A stretch of 64,000 nt of DNA, taken from NCBI GenBank assembly GCA_030295235.1, contig AP026164.1, positions 2,046,001 to 2,110,000 on the forward strand, in the 5' to 3' direction. Both the position numbers and the translations under genes were made by a program. The notes below the pieces were generated by a model. It had not been told where the DNA came from and did not search any database. It saw nothing but the letters and a program-made list of their open reading frames with translations. Positions 47,952 through 59,676 of the stretch are shown here, in pieces (within the stretch, counting starts at the first letter, position 1; each line of letters begins with the position of its first letter). Source of the DNA: Fistulifera solaris. Its lineage: Eukaryota.

Positions 47952-49605
47952 ATGAAACATCCCAGATCACTGTTTCTACGAAAAGCTCCGTCACAACAGC
48001 GAAAACGGTTCTCCGGTTGGGCTTTCTACATTTCCTTCGGAGGCATTTTGTGCGTCGCGACCCTTCTTTTACGGTCGGTCAGGAGGATTCGTTGTCGGAA
48101 GCTTCACTCAGCGTTTTCTTCAATCCCTCCCATACAAAAACATCAGACGACTGTCCCTTTCGAGATTCTCCGATTTACAAAAAAGTCTACGTCTATCCAA
48201 ATCATGGTGATGTCGCACAAGGATGGTCGGGTGAGATGTTATCAGAATACGGGAAAGACCCTCAACATCTCCGATGGCCCTTTCTGGATTTAGACGTACA
48301 AGCGCGTGCCGCCGGAACGGGCCATTACAACATTTTGAGCCAAAATGTACAATACAATACCGAATTGCTCGTGCGAGAAATTATGATTCATCCGAATTCG
48401 TGCTTACGAACGTACGATCCCGAACAAGCCACGTTGTTTTATGTTCCCTATTTGCCTTCGATTGAACATCACCGTGGTTTGGATGGATTCCGTGATATTG
48501 ATTATTCAACGTCACCGTACGGACAGGCCATTATGGATATTGTCGACAAACAAGACTATACGGGATGGGAAAAACATTTTGGATTGACTTCCAAATATTG
48601 GAAGCGTCGAGAAGGAGCCGATCATATTCTGGTCTTTTCGGAACCCATGCACGGATTGTACCATCCAAGGAGCAAGAGAGGGAATTTTCATTTTATTCAT
48701 TCGCAAAAACAATTGACACCGCCCATTGTGATTTCGGTAGAACTGAGTAAAACCTTTGTGGATATGTATCCCAAATGTGCCGCCAAGAATATTTTAATGC
48801 CCTATCCGAATACCGATGGCAATTGGTTCAATGGGAAACTCGAGGCAGAAGCCTGGCAATCACTGTACGCTCAAGGCAATACGACCGTGAACGAGATCAT
48901 GTCGTCGGTAGCATTGCCGGCGGAACAAACATTCACGGCGCCCCGTCCGATACCTCAATTTTACAGTGCCGGCAATCACGGCACGTGCACCAAATTACGA
49001 AAAGCCATGAAGCAAGATTATGAAAAATGCGCACGTTCCTTTACGACCTTATCACAAACACTCCAAGTTAAAAATTACGCATTGGGAATGCGATTGTCGA
49101 CCTTTGTCCCTGTCCTGGAGGCGACTCTCCCAGTGCGAAGCGTCATTACGACGCCCTGATCGCCCAGTGCATTCCCATTATCTTATCGTATGACTTTGTT
49201 TGGCCATTTACGAACGAATTCGATTCGAGCATAACGTTAGATGCGAGTGTGTTTGCATTGCGGCTTCCCGCGGAAGAGTACGATACACCTCTTTTGGACC
49301 CCAACACGTGTCAACCCATGAACGAGTCACGGCGGGGACTGCAACACAATTTGGAGTCGATATCGCCAGCCGAAATAGAGCGCCTTCGTCAAGGCGTGGA
49401 AATGGCGCGGAAACTCTATGCCTGGTACAAATACGATGACACATTGGTGGAAAATCCGCTTCGCGAAGGAGTCCTTCCGACGGGTGGTGCAGCCCACCAG
49501 CTGGTAAAAATGCTGGCCGAACGAGCAAATGGAGTTCGTTGGCCGGCTTGCCGCGAAGAACTGAAGCTTCCTCGTGAACCGGATGCTACTAAGTTCAAAT
49601 GCTAA
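47952..49605 (+). CDS. Exostosin-family glycosyltransferase (GT47), type II membrane protein; several frameshifts
   Basis: N-terminal TM segment, 'KVYVYP', 'CLRTYDPEQATLFYVPY', 'WKRREGADHILV'. After the frameshift near 49103 the sequence reads 'FCPCPGGDSPSAKRHYDALIAQCIPII'. Confidence 0.85.
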
Positions 49606-49709
49606 ACTTTCGCTACTGGTAATCATATCTTTTGAGAGTTATTATTTGCGACGAAATTAGATTTTTCTTCTCCTTGCGAATTCAGGTGCAATATATATGC
49701 GGCTTTTTT

Positions 49710-52700
49710 TTAACAGTGATCCTGAAGGCGAAGTCGTGGAAGTACGTTCATGGACTGCAACTCTTGAAAGAGTAACTTGCACGCGTATGGCAAGCGGATG
49801 TCAGCTACATTTTCACCTGATCTACAATATTGACACCAATTCTCGTACTGAAGTAGACCACATGTTAAACACACGGTGGCGGAAAATGCATCTGACGAAT
49901 GCATTAGCCGTTCCATAATCAGGTTCGACGCTCCATAGGCGATCAGGCAATCTCGTTCCATCTCACCAAGACGAAGACCGCCATCCCGGGATCGCCCTTC
50001 AGTGGGTTGTCGGGTTAGAACAGCACGTGGGCCTCTAGCACGCGCGTGGGCCTTATCTAGCACCATGTGCTTAAGCTTCTGGTAGAAAACAGGCCCGGAG
50101 AAGATGTAAGCATCTAAAGGCTCTCCGTTAGTTCCACTGTATAGGATATCTTTTCCCGTATAATTCAAACCATTACGAAGAAGCGCTTCAGATGCGGAAA
50201 CATCAGTATCAGCAGATCCATGCTCTTCTCCGAAAGCAGAAGAGTACGCCTGTCGACCTTCATACACACCGGCTTTTCCAACCAATAATTCAAGCAGTTT
50301 ACCAACAGTCATTCGAGACGGAAAACCATGGGGATTCATGATAAGGTCGGGACAGTGCCCATGATCGTTGAAGGGAAGATCTTCCTCGGGAACAATCAGC
50401 CCACACACGCCCTTCTGACCGTGTCGAGATGCGAATTTATCTCCAATCTCGGGTCGACGGACTTGTCTTAACATCACCTTAATCAGGAACTGTTCATTTG
50501 CATTGGACGTGATTAATACTTTGTCAACGTAGGAAGGGGCCGGCCCGCGATATGGCATAGCAGAAGGTTTGTACTGAACGTTCGGGTTGCCTGTCGCCAT
50601 ACCAAAACCAATATCAGCGCCAACTATATTGGTTGTAGTGTCAGTTGGGGATTCCTTGTTAACCATGATAAACCCGTTATCCATGGGCTCTCCCACCTTA
50701 CAAATACCATCCAAGTCGATCGCTTGATACTTCATAAACCGTTTGTCTTGATCACCATCGGCAAAGGCAGATGCATCCGTCGGCGGACCTCGAGTACGAT
50801 CCCTTGTGCCGTTCGCATATCGCCGAACACTGAACAGAAAGTGTAAATGCACGAAACTTAAAGTTTGAAAGGTAATACAATTGACAAAAGACTCTTACCT
50901 TGTTTGATGCTTTTTCAGCACCATGCATCGTCCAAAACCTCTGTCGATCGATGACTTGTTCAAAATGATGGCGTCCTCAATATCGTAACCACTATAGCTC
51001 ATAACAGCGATGCACGCATTCTGTCCACCAGGAATGTTATCGAAATCCACGAGATCTAAAGTTCGACTCTTGACCATGGGCTTTTGTGGGTAGACTAAGC
51101 TATAAAGAAGACCATCCATTCGCACGTATTGATTCATCGCCACACAACCCATTGCTTGTTTCGCCATTGCCACTGTGTAGGTATTTCGTGGACTCTGGTT
51201 ATGATGAGGATACTGAAATAAGCAGAACCAAAACGCGTGAGCATTGCATGCAGTCAGTTTGATTCGCAAAAGCAAGCCACGAGTATACTCACCGGAATAA
51301 TGCCTCCTACAACCCCCAAAATCGTGAAAGGATCAATTTCTAGGTGCGTGTACCTCATTCTTCGATTTTCAAGCCCCTGATTGATTGCAACTTCCAAGTC
51401 ATTCTCCGTGACAGCAATCAGAGTATTGTTCTCTTCGTTACAATCGACGTATTCAACAACACCTTGACGGAGCAAAGCTTTAATATCCATGGCTCCCATG
51501 GCTAAAGCCTCTACATGCGCTTGTTTCAGACGAGGCAGTCCTGTGTCATGATCGACGATAATCAACGGACGGCATACACGTCCTCCATCAGTGGCGATGT
51601 GCACTGCTCGCTGCTCTTCATGCAAATACACCGACACAAACTCCCCCGCTAATCCTCTGCGTCGCATCTTACGTAGGTCCTCGACAAGCTGTAGGGGGCG
51701 CAGATGGATTCCTAGTATCAGTCCATTCAAAAAGACCAGAAAGGCATCCTTTGAATTTAACTCATTACCAGACATGCGTCGCACATCTTCAACTCCAAGA
51801 TCGCGACATAAACGCTCAATGGGATTCGTATCATCTTCGTCAGTGGTAATGTGGGACAACAGGGCCAAGTTCTTCACCAAACCGCACGCTTCTCCTTCCG
51901 GAGTATCGGCTGGACACAGCATGCCCCATTGACTTGGCTGTAACGATCGCGGTCCCGATACCTTTCGGGTCTTTTCAAACTGCGAATTGATTCTCGTCAT
52001 CATCCCCAAAGCGGACATGTACGAAAGTCGGGATAGCACTTGAGTTACTCCAGCACGGTCCATTCGGAAACGCTTCAAAACCCAGTTTCCCGTCGAGATA
52101 GCGTTGATCATACCATTCGTAATGGTATCGGGTCGGATTGTTTTGACAACATCAAATGCTTCCGCCCGGTTGGGCTTGGATAAAACCAAATCCGCCTGTC
52201 GTTTCAGTTCCTTGTTAAAGATTTTGAACAAATCCTCGAACAACAAACTCAACAAATTTCCCGCCAGCTCCAATCGCTTGTTTCCATAATAATCTTTATC
52301 GTCCAGAGGCATCTTACCCAAATGCACTAACAATACGCGTCGCACAATATGTCCTATAAACATGGCCTTGGCCCGGAAATCGAAATGCACTACGGGCACA
52401 TGACTCAAGACGACATTGGCCAAGACTTCCCGCGCTTCTTCGGCGGGCGACAACGTCTTACCCCCTGCGCGCGCAAACGTACTCCCCGCCGCGGCCGAAC
52501 GACTCCGAATCTTGGCACCCATATACGCCAAGGCCTGCTGTTGCGTTTGGATACCGTACCGGTGCGGTTCTTCCAACGACAAAGCCATGGCGTGCACCAA
52601 TTGCGGAGGATCACAGCCCACTAGTTGCACAATTTCAACATCAGACTCCACCCCCATGGCTTTCAAGACAATCACAATGGGAATATCTTCTCCCAACGTA

Positions 52701-53694
52701 TTGTTCTTCAGATAGACCTTGCCGTGTTTAATCAGAATATAAGCTTTCGACTTGCGTTCCCGCGTTGAAGACGTAATACTCGCACAAACTCCTTTCGCAT
52801 CTTGTTCGAGGATGACGCGATTTTTGGACAATTGTTCTTGTATGAGAATAACTTTTCGACGCCCTTGACGATAAAGTAACCGCCGGGATCGTACGGACAT
52901 TCCTTCATGGCGGCCAAGGCATCGTGCGTCTGATCGCGCAAAAGACACTTTTTCGACCGCAACATGATGGGAATCCGTCCAATCATGACATTGCGTTTGA
53001 CAACGGGTTGTCGACCTCGTATGTACCGAACGTTGACGTAGATGGGTGCCGAATAGGTACAATCCCTCAAGCGACATTCGAACGGTGTAATGCTTTTCAT
53101 GGTATACGAATCTTCTTCAATCGACGGTTCACCGACCCAACACGCTTCATATCTCAAATAAAATTTAGGATCATGTTCGGATCGAATTTCCCTTGCCGAA
53201 GCCGATTTCACAATTTGTTGCATTTCCGTTTCGACGAAATAATCAAACGAATCGACGTGTTGTCGTAAAAGGGAACGCAATTGTAAAAAGTACGGCAACA
53301 ATCGCCACTTGTCTTGCACACTGCCGACGGGTGCGTCGTCTATAGTAGTAGTGTGTGTGTGAGAGAGAGAAAAAAAAAGCGGAAAAGGCGGATCCTACAA
53401 CAATTTTGTGCGTTATAGTATTGACGTACCCGGCGTTTTCGTAGATCCATAATCACGTCCATCTTTCTTTTCTTCTTCTTCTTCATATAATCCCTTTTTC
53501 GAATGCCCCAACGGCCGTGAATCAACTTGTTCGATAACATCTTGTCCGTAAATATGCTCAAAGCCCTCTTTGGGAAATTGGAGGGGCTCAAAATGATCCT
53601 TCCGCCATTGATGCCATTCCTCGCCCCGTGTAGTTGTCAAACACGCTCCCGAAGGAGAGGCACGGACTTGTCCCCACCGCGGTTCGTCCGTCAT
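49710..53694 (-). CDS. RPC2: RNA polymerase III second-largest subunit; introns 53340-53429, 51213-51292, 50830-50898; frameshift near 52855
   Basis: '[15 protein letters not shown]', '[15 protein letters not shown]', '[21 protein letters not shown]', '[12 protein letters not shown]', '[10 protein letters not shown]'. The Pol III-type motifs distinguish it from RPB2. Confidence 0.95.
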
Positions 53695-53767
53695 ATTCTC
53701 TCTCTAGTTAGTAGTTGTCACCGCAAAGCATTCGCGAAATTTTTGGAAATCTCAATGGATGAATACA

Positions 53768-53770
<3 letters not shown>

Positions 53771-53797
<27 letters not shown>
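53771..53797. repeat. (CAA)9 microsatellite followed by poly-T, upstream of RPC2
   Basis: caacaacaac aacaacaaca acaacaa read directly from the sequence. Confidence 0.9.
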
Positions 53798-53799
<2 letters not shown>

Positions 53800-54126
53800 C
53801 ACTCCCTTTTTTTTTTTTAAGAAAGATCGGCGGTTGTCATCGTCGCAGAAAACAAATTGAGTGGTGCTTGCCGACGGAGGAGATTTGAGTACCGGTACCG
53901 GTCGTCTCATCAATCGTTATGTACAGCCCGTCACGAAGGACTGTCCTTCTGTAGTGGATACCGGTACGATCGTTTTGGTTTTCGAAAAGAGGAAACGATG
54001 TTATTTACGAAGATTTTTTCCGTACGAATGATGTGATGCAAGTTGCGACGCTTAACCTTTGGTATTATTGTGACTAAGTATCGACGAGAAGAGAAGAACA
54101 TAGAGTTCATCATCTTCCGAATTAAG

Positions 54127-55643
54127 ATGATTCTTCATCGCCACGTCGTTGATGATGATTCGAAGGCCGAAACCATGAAACGACCGCTTCTTCCGACAAA
54201 ACGCCAATCACGGCATTCTCTTTGGCGATTTATTACAATATCATGCATGGTTATTCTCTCGGCGAGTTTGATTCTATATTCCCTAAGTGAAAACAACTCA
54301 ATAACGGCACAATGTATTCCCAAATACATTCATATTGCCCAACGAAACAATGTCAACCAACTAGGACGCGTTTCCATGACACTCTCGTTTGCCATCGATC
54401 GACATTGTGATGTGATGACTCCTTGCATCCATTACGGTCGTCGAGAGGATACAGAAGAAACGGTTTTAGTAGTCCAGCAATTGCCTCTGCAGTTCAATTA
54501 CACGTCGACGAACGGAACTTTTTACAGTGATTGGTGGTATCATGTCGAATTACCGACTTTGATGGCAGGAGACGAAGAGTACTGGTATCAAATTGTCACC
54601 CAAAAACGACCCAACATCCACCGGCTACCTTTCATACACCACCCTTACCGGGACAGTCGACTGCTTTTGCGGTGGTTGGAGATTGGGGTCAAACGGAACA
54701 TTCCCTTCGAACAATGCAGAAGATCCTCCGTGCGATACACACCACTCCCCTCTCACAACTCATCGTCGCCGGCGACATGTCGTATGCGGATTCGGATCCG
54801 CAACGATGGTTGTCGTGGTTTGAGCTCATGGAACCCCTGTTGGGGACCTTACCGACGCATGTGGCGGTAGGAAACCACGAAATTGAATGCGATACGGTGA
54901 CGCGCGAGGTCTTTGTACCGTACGAACATTACTTTTCCAATCCCAATCGCGTGGGGGAAGCTTACAGGCATCCTCTAACACCCAAGTATCCAGATTCGTT
55001 GTGGCAGAAGAGTTGTTCGACACCAAGTGAATTCTTGGGGTACTATGTGTACGGCAATTCCTTTTATGCCTATCGGCACGGTTTGGTACACATCATTGTC
55101 TTGAATTCCTACACATACTCTGGCGTTGGATCCGAGCAATACCTTTGGTTGCAAGAGGAGCTGCAAACACGCTTCGATCGAACGGTCACACCGTGGTTGA
55201 TGGTAGTCTTTCACTGTCCGTTTTATACCACCTTTGACAGTCATGTCGATGAAGTGCAATCGCGAACGATGAAACACGCGATGGAACCACTCTTTGTCAA
55301 ATACGGTGTCAACTTTGTATTGTCAGGACACGATCATGCTTACCTACGAAGCAAATCAATGAAATACGGTCACGTCGATTCGACACAGCATGCTCCCATC
55401 TATTTCATTGTTGGTGCCGGTGGGAATCGGGAAGGTCATCCGCACGGATATATTCAAGACTATCCCGAAGTCTGGGTGGCAAAACGGACCATGGTCGATT
55501 GGGGCTACGGACAGTGGTGGTTCCCGAATGCCACGCATGCGCATTTCACGTGGATTCCGGATGGTTTCGAGGGCGACGACACCGGGGATGATGTTTGGTT
55601 GGTCAATCCACACGTAGTTTCGCAACAAGTGTCTCTCTCATAG
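54127..55643 (+). CDS. Purple acid phosphatase (metallophosphoesterase) with N-terminal TM segment; frameshift near 54600
   Basis: All five PAP blocks are present: 'VVGDWG', 'GDMSYAD', 'GNHE', 'VFHCPFY', 'GHDHAY'. Also 'VGAGGNREG'. Confidence 0.92.
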
Positions 55644-56304
55644 TGTAACGAGTTCGGGTAAAGGTAGCTGCCTTAGTGAAAACAAGTCTCGCCCAGAGGT
55701 ACTGTTGTCGAAACAACAGATTTAACGTGTTAAATTCACAGGGCATGTCGTTGTTACTTCATCGAGTGGCATGACTGCGTCCACTTCTACGGGCTTTTTG
55801 GTCAAGGCATGTGAAAGTACCGTAGCTTTTGCATCAAAGAAAAAGTCTAAACACTAGAGTTGAATTTTTGGTAAGCTCTCTCTCTACAAGCTAGAGCTAG
55901 AAAAACCCACACTGGGTGCTTAACAGCTGGAAACGTCTCAAATACATAGAAACGACTGTATTTTTAACTTCAAGTCACGAGTGAGGAGGAAACAGGAAAC
56001 GCGACTGAAACTGTGAAAGAATTCTGGTCCTCGCGATGAGTACGAAAATCTGCTAAGCGCCCACCTTGCAATACCGGGTTTGTTCGGCAGCCATTCTTTT
56101 GCATCCGATTGTTTACGCGTTTGCCGTAATCTTAAATTTCGCCTACATTGCGCATTGAGAGGTAGAAGGAGAGTCTCAGCAAGCTGCTAGAAACATTATT
56201 GATTAGATCAAGCACGTTGGTCCCAGATTACGGAGAAGAAGTCAATTCCTTGTGAGTGGAAACTCGTTTGTATCATTTCATTCTTAGATATTTTTGAACG
56301 GTTG

Positions 56305-57625
56305 ATGAAGATTTGGAAAACGGCAAACGTGGAACCTCGGAGATCACGACATGCATCAGCGGAAAAGATTCCGTTGGCCACTCCTGCAGCAGCTTCACCC
56401 AAGGCATCAGCACCCAGCAAAGAAGGAGAGCAGATTGCTCAAAACAAGGATCCTGCCCAAGCACTGCGCCTCCTTCGTCACGCCGCAGAGTGCGAGGATG
56501 ATCGATGCCCTGATACAGAGTGCGCCGGAACGAAGCGGTTGTGGCAACACATTGTGGAATGTCAGGATGTCCAGTGTCCCTTTCCGGATTGCGTCGTCTT
56601 TCGTCGCATGGTACAGCACCGCATCCGATGCAAAAATGCACAACGTCTTGCATGTGATCGGGCATCTCCGAGTGAGCCAGCGACCCAAAAGCGGCACCTT
56701 TCAACAGAATTGTCAAAGCAGGAGCCAGCGACGAAAAAAAAACGTACTTCGCAGCAGTCTGCCAAATCTCAGGATTCGATCCAAAAAGAAGACGGGGAAG
56801 AAGAAGGAGTTGCAATGCTAGATCAACATTAGCAGCCAGTGGAAGCGGGAAAACAGGCTTCGGTGCAGCAGTCAGCAGAATTTCTTGCTTCCAAGAAGAA
56901 GACGGGGAAGAGGAAGGAGATACAATGCAGCAGCAGCCAGTGGAAGCGAGAAACCAGTCTTTGATGCAACAAGAGCAACCAGCGAAAAAGCAGGTTTCGG
57001 TCCAAGAAGCCGAGGAAGCGGAAGAGGAAGGCGATTCAATGCAGCAACCAGCATCGGTGGAAGACCAGGCTTCGCTACAACAACAAGCAGCGGAAGCGGC
57101 AGGTGGTGCAATGCAGCACAAGCAGCCACCGTTGAAAGCGGGAAAACAGGCTTTGATGCAGCAGCAGCAGCAACCACCGACATCGGAAGAAGAGGCTTCG
57201 ATGCAATCAAAAGCAGCGGAAGCTGAAAAACAGTTTTGCTGCAACAACCAACGAAAGCGACAGAACAGGCTTCGATGAAACAACAGGAAGGGGTGAGGCA
57301 GGCACCGATTCAGAAGCCAAGCGTAAAATACCTAGCGTCGATGCAGCAACCCCGTCAGGTTGAACAGACTTTGATGGAACAACAACAAGTGGTAAAGCAG
57401 GTTCTGATTCAGCAGCAGAGATCGGAATGCCAGGTAATGATGCAACAGCAGCAATTAGCGAAAACAGACCAACTGGAGCTGAGGAAACAAGAACAGCATG
57501 AAGAAAATCAAGGTTTGATGCAACGGCTACAAAGTCGTGGCGTTGATATTGTTGTTGGCCCAGTGTTGATAGAGATTGCGGAGTCAGGCTCCATCAGGAT
57601 TAGTACCAGTGAAGAGCGATCGTAG
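56305..57625 (+). pseudogene. Stand-alone TAZ zinc-finger protein with Q/E-rich repeats; in-frame TAG at 56830-56832 and frameshifts (pseudogene or truncated gene)
   Basis: 'LRLLRHAAECEDDRCPDTECAGTKRLWQHIVECQDVQCPFPDC...HRIRCK' is a TAZ domain. Downstream ORFs 56925-57278 and 57236-57625 continue the same repeat. Confidence 0.65.
56781..57080 (+). repeat. Degenerate tandem repeat of about 110 nt (3 copies) encoding QEEDGEEEGDxMQQQPVEA
   Basis: ccaaaaagaagacggggaagaagaagg (56781), ccaagaagaagacggggaagaggaagg (56891) and ccaagaagccgaggaagcggaagaggaagg (57002). Confidence 0.8.
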
Positions 57626-57791
57626 TATTATTTCATATTATACGTGTGTTACCGATTAGATGTTTGTTTAGTATCGTTCCTTAAACACAAGAGCATTGTC
57701 GAAACTGGTACGCATACGAGCTATGATGTGCTAGCATGTTTCTCTCGTTCTGCGTAGAACACTAATATGCGTCTAGTCGTCTCTAGCCTTT

Positions 57792-59336
57792 CTAACTTTG
57801 GTTCGACTCAAAATCCTTGGGCAACCAATCCATCATTTTGTTGATTGCCTTATTCAAACCATTCTTTTCTATAATACGCTTTTCATCCCCTCGCCACTCG
57901 GGATTGCTGTCCCATGTGAACCACGACACGGCATGGAAACGATCTCCCTGGAACACATCACGTCCGTGTAAAGCGCGGTAATTATCGACCAGCAAGACAT
58001 CACCGGGTTCCATCGACAAGGCGGTAATGTGCTTTTCCGATGCACGTTTGATTTCTTGACAATCCTCCAACGAGAGCGGTTCCATCGTATCGGCATAAAA
58101 GACTTCGGTCATACCGACTTCCGGAACACCACACGGACGTCGATCCCGAAGTTTTCGTGCATGATTGTGAGCATTGTTGAACCACACCGGAAGTCCCGTC
58201 ACGGGATGACGGTTGATGGGTGATTCGGCAGTTTCGACGGCCTTTAGAAAAAAAGAGAAAAACACGTGAGTCAGCCACACCACCAAATCTACAAGCGAAC
58301 TACTATCTCATCCAGTGACTCACCTGCAAACGCCCCGGTTTTCCATCCGCTTCGTAAATCATTTCCAAATCCATATCAAACTTGGGCGCCACTGCCGCAT
58401 CTACCACGCTCTTAAATCCTTCCTTCACGAATCCCGGCAACGCCGGCGGCAAATCCAAATTACTGACACTGATCCGAATTTGTCGTTTGTATAATTTTTC
58501 CAACAATTTCGTATCCAATTCGGCCAAAATGGCGGCTCCGTCCGCCACCAAGAAACGACCACCTCCTTCGGTCGCCTTTTGAAAACACACAAAGGCCGCA
58601 TACGCCGCCGTTCGCTTCGTGGTCGATTCACAATGCAATCCAATGTAATGTTGTCGCAAACTGGGTTTATTGACTTCTTCGTACAGCGCATCCCGCTCGG
58701 AGGCAAATTTGCGCAATCCGGACGAATGCAAGGGATCCAAGCAGGGATCCAAACCGAGTGCTTCGTGCATTTCCCGAAATCCGGCCACAGATTTCATCAA
58801 ATCGAACCCTCGCAACCAAATCGCGCCGTGTTTGAGTAAGTTGGAACGAATTTGTTCCTTGTTCTGAGCAAAATACGCGGCTCCGAATCGATTGTCGGCT
58901 TCCGAAGCACGGATTTCGAGGGGACAGTGCGGTACTTTGGCAGCTTCTTTTGAGCTTGCACAATGTCGATGCTAATGAGTGAAAAGATTATGGGAAAGGA
59001 TGAGTGAAAGATTTGAATAAGTGAGTGAGAGAAAATGAAAATTCCAGAAATAGTAACACATTTCGACACCTACTTTTCCGTATTCCATCGCGTGAGAGGA
59101 CATTCCCACATGCCCGACAAATCGGGTTTGTTCATATCGCTCTTCATGAATTCTTCCGGTGTTAATCCGGGTCGATCTTCCCATTCTGGCATATAACCCG
59201 CATCCGGAGCGACGCGTTCGGGGACGATCGTCGTGGCCTGTAAAGGCGTGGTGACGGTAGTCGATCGGGGAACAACAAACGCCGTGACGGCAGGTGCGGT
59301 CAAAACAGCGTATAAAGTAGCCAGAGAATATTTCAT
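57792..59336 (-). CDS. Plastid-targeted TauD/TfdA (clavaminate-synthase-like) 2OG-Fe(II) dioxygenase; introns 58972-59073 and 58242-58323; frameshift near 58950
   Basis: Signal peptide plus 'VTAFVVP'. 'LLKHGAIWLRGF', iron ligands 'LHCES' (HxE) and 'GDVLLVDNYRALHGR', and 'HPVTGLPVWFN'. Confidence 0.85.
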
Positions 59337-59676
59337 AGTTGTTTTTGTTGTTGAACAAGGAAAGAATTGAATGAATGAATCAAGGAAGATTGCCTTCGTT
59401 GGTTGCCTTGATCAATTATCGTTGGTGCCAATCCGATCCGCGTCGCGAAGCTTTCGAGTCAGAAAACGACAGCCGGTTGGAAAAGTACAAGGACGTCATT
59501 AAGTCACCCGGAACTTGAAGTCGTGAGGTATCTGGTAGCAACGCCGGACGGACTAGCGGTACGCACTACGCACGAATGGATGAATGATGAATGATGAATA
59601 ATGCGCGTCGTTTTGCGTTGCATCGGCATTCGCATGGTTCGAATGTTCATTCATTCATTCATACCATTCCACCAAA

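Noticed and set aside
14055..55643. PhoD plus purple acid phosphatase as a phosphate-scavenging cluster
   Set aside because: They are about 40 kb apart with unrelated housekeeping genes between them, and there is no evidence of clustering.
56781..57080. Periodic repeats considered as a possible CRISPR array
   Set aside because: The copies are degenerate and coding, there are no unique spacers or cas genes, and the context is eukaryotic.
56273..57283. 336-aa Cys/Ser-rich minus-strand ORF resembling a metallothionein
   Set aside because: Poly-Cys arises from antisense reading of the CAG/GCA-rich Q/E repeats of the TAZ locus.
57792..59336. Calling the dioxygenase a chlorophyll c synthase
   Set aside because: The motifs are TauD/clavaminate-synthase-like, whereas the described diatom enzyme is PhyH-type as I recall. 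The assignment cannot be supported from this sequence.
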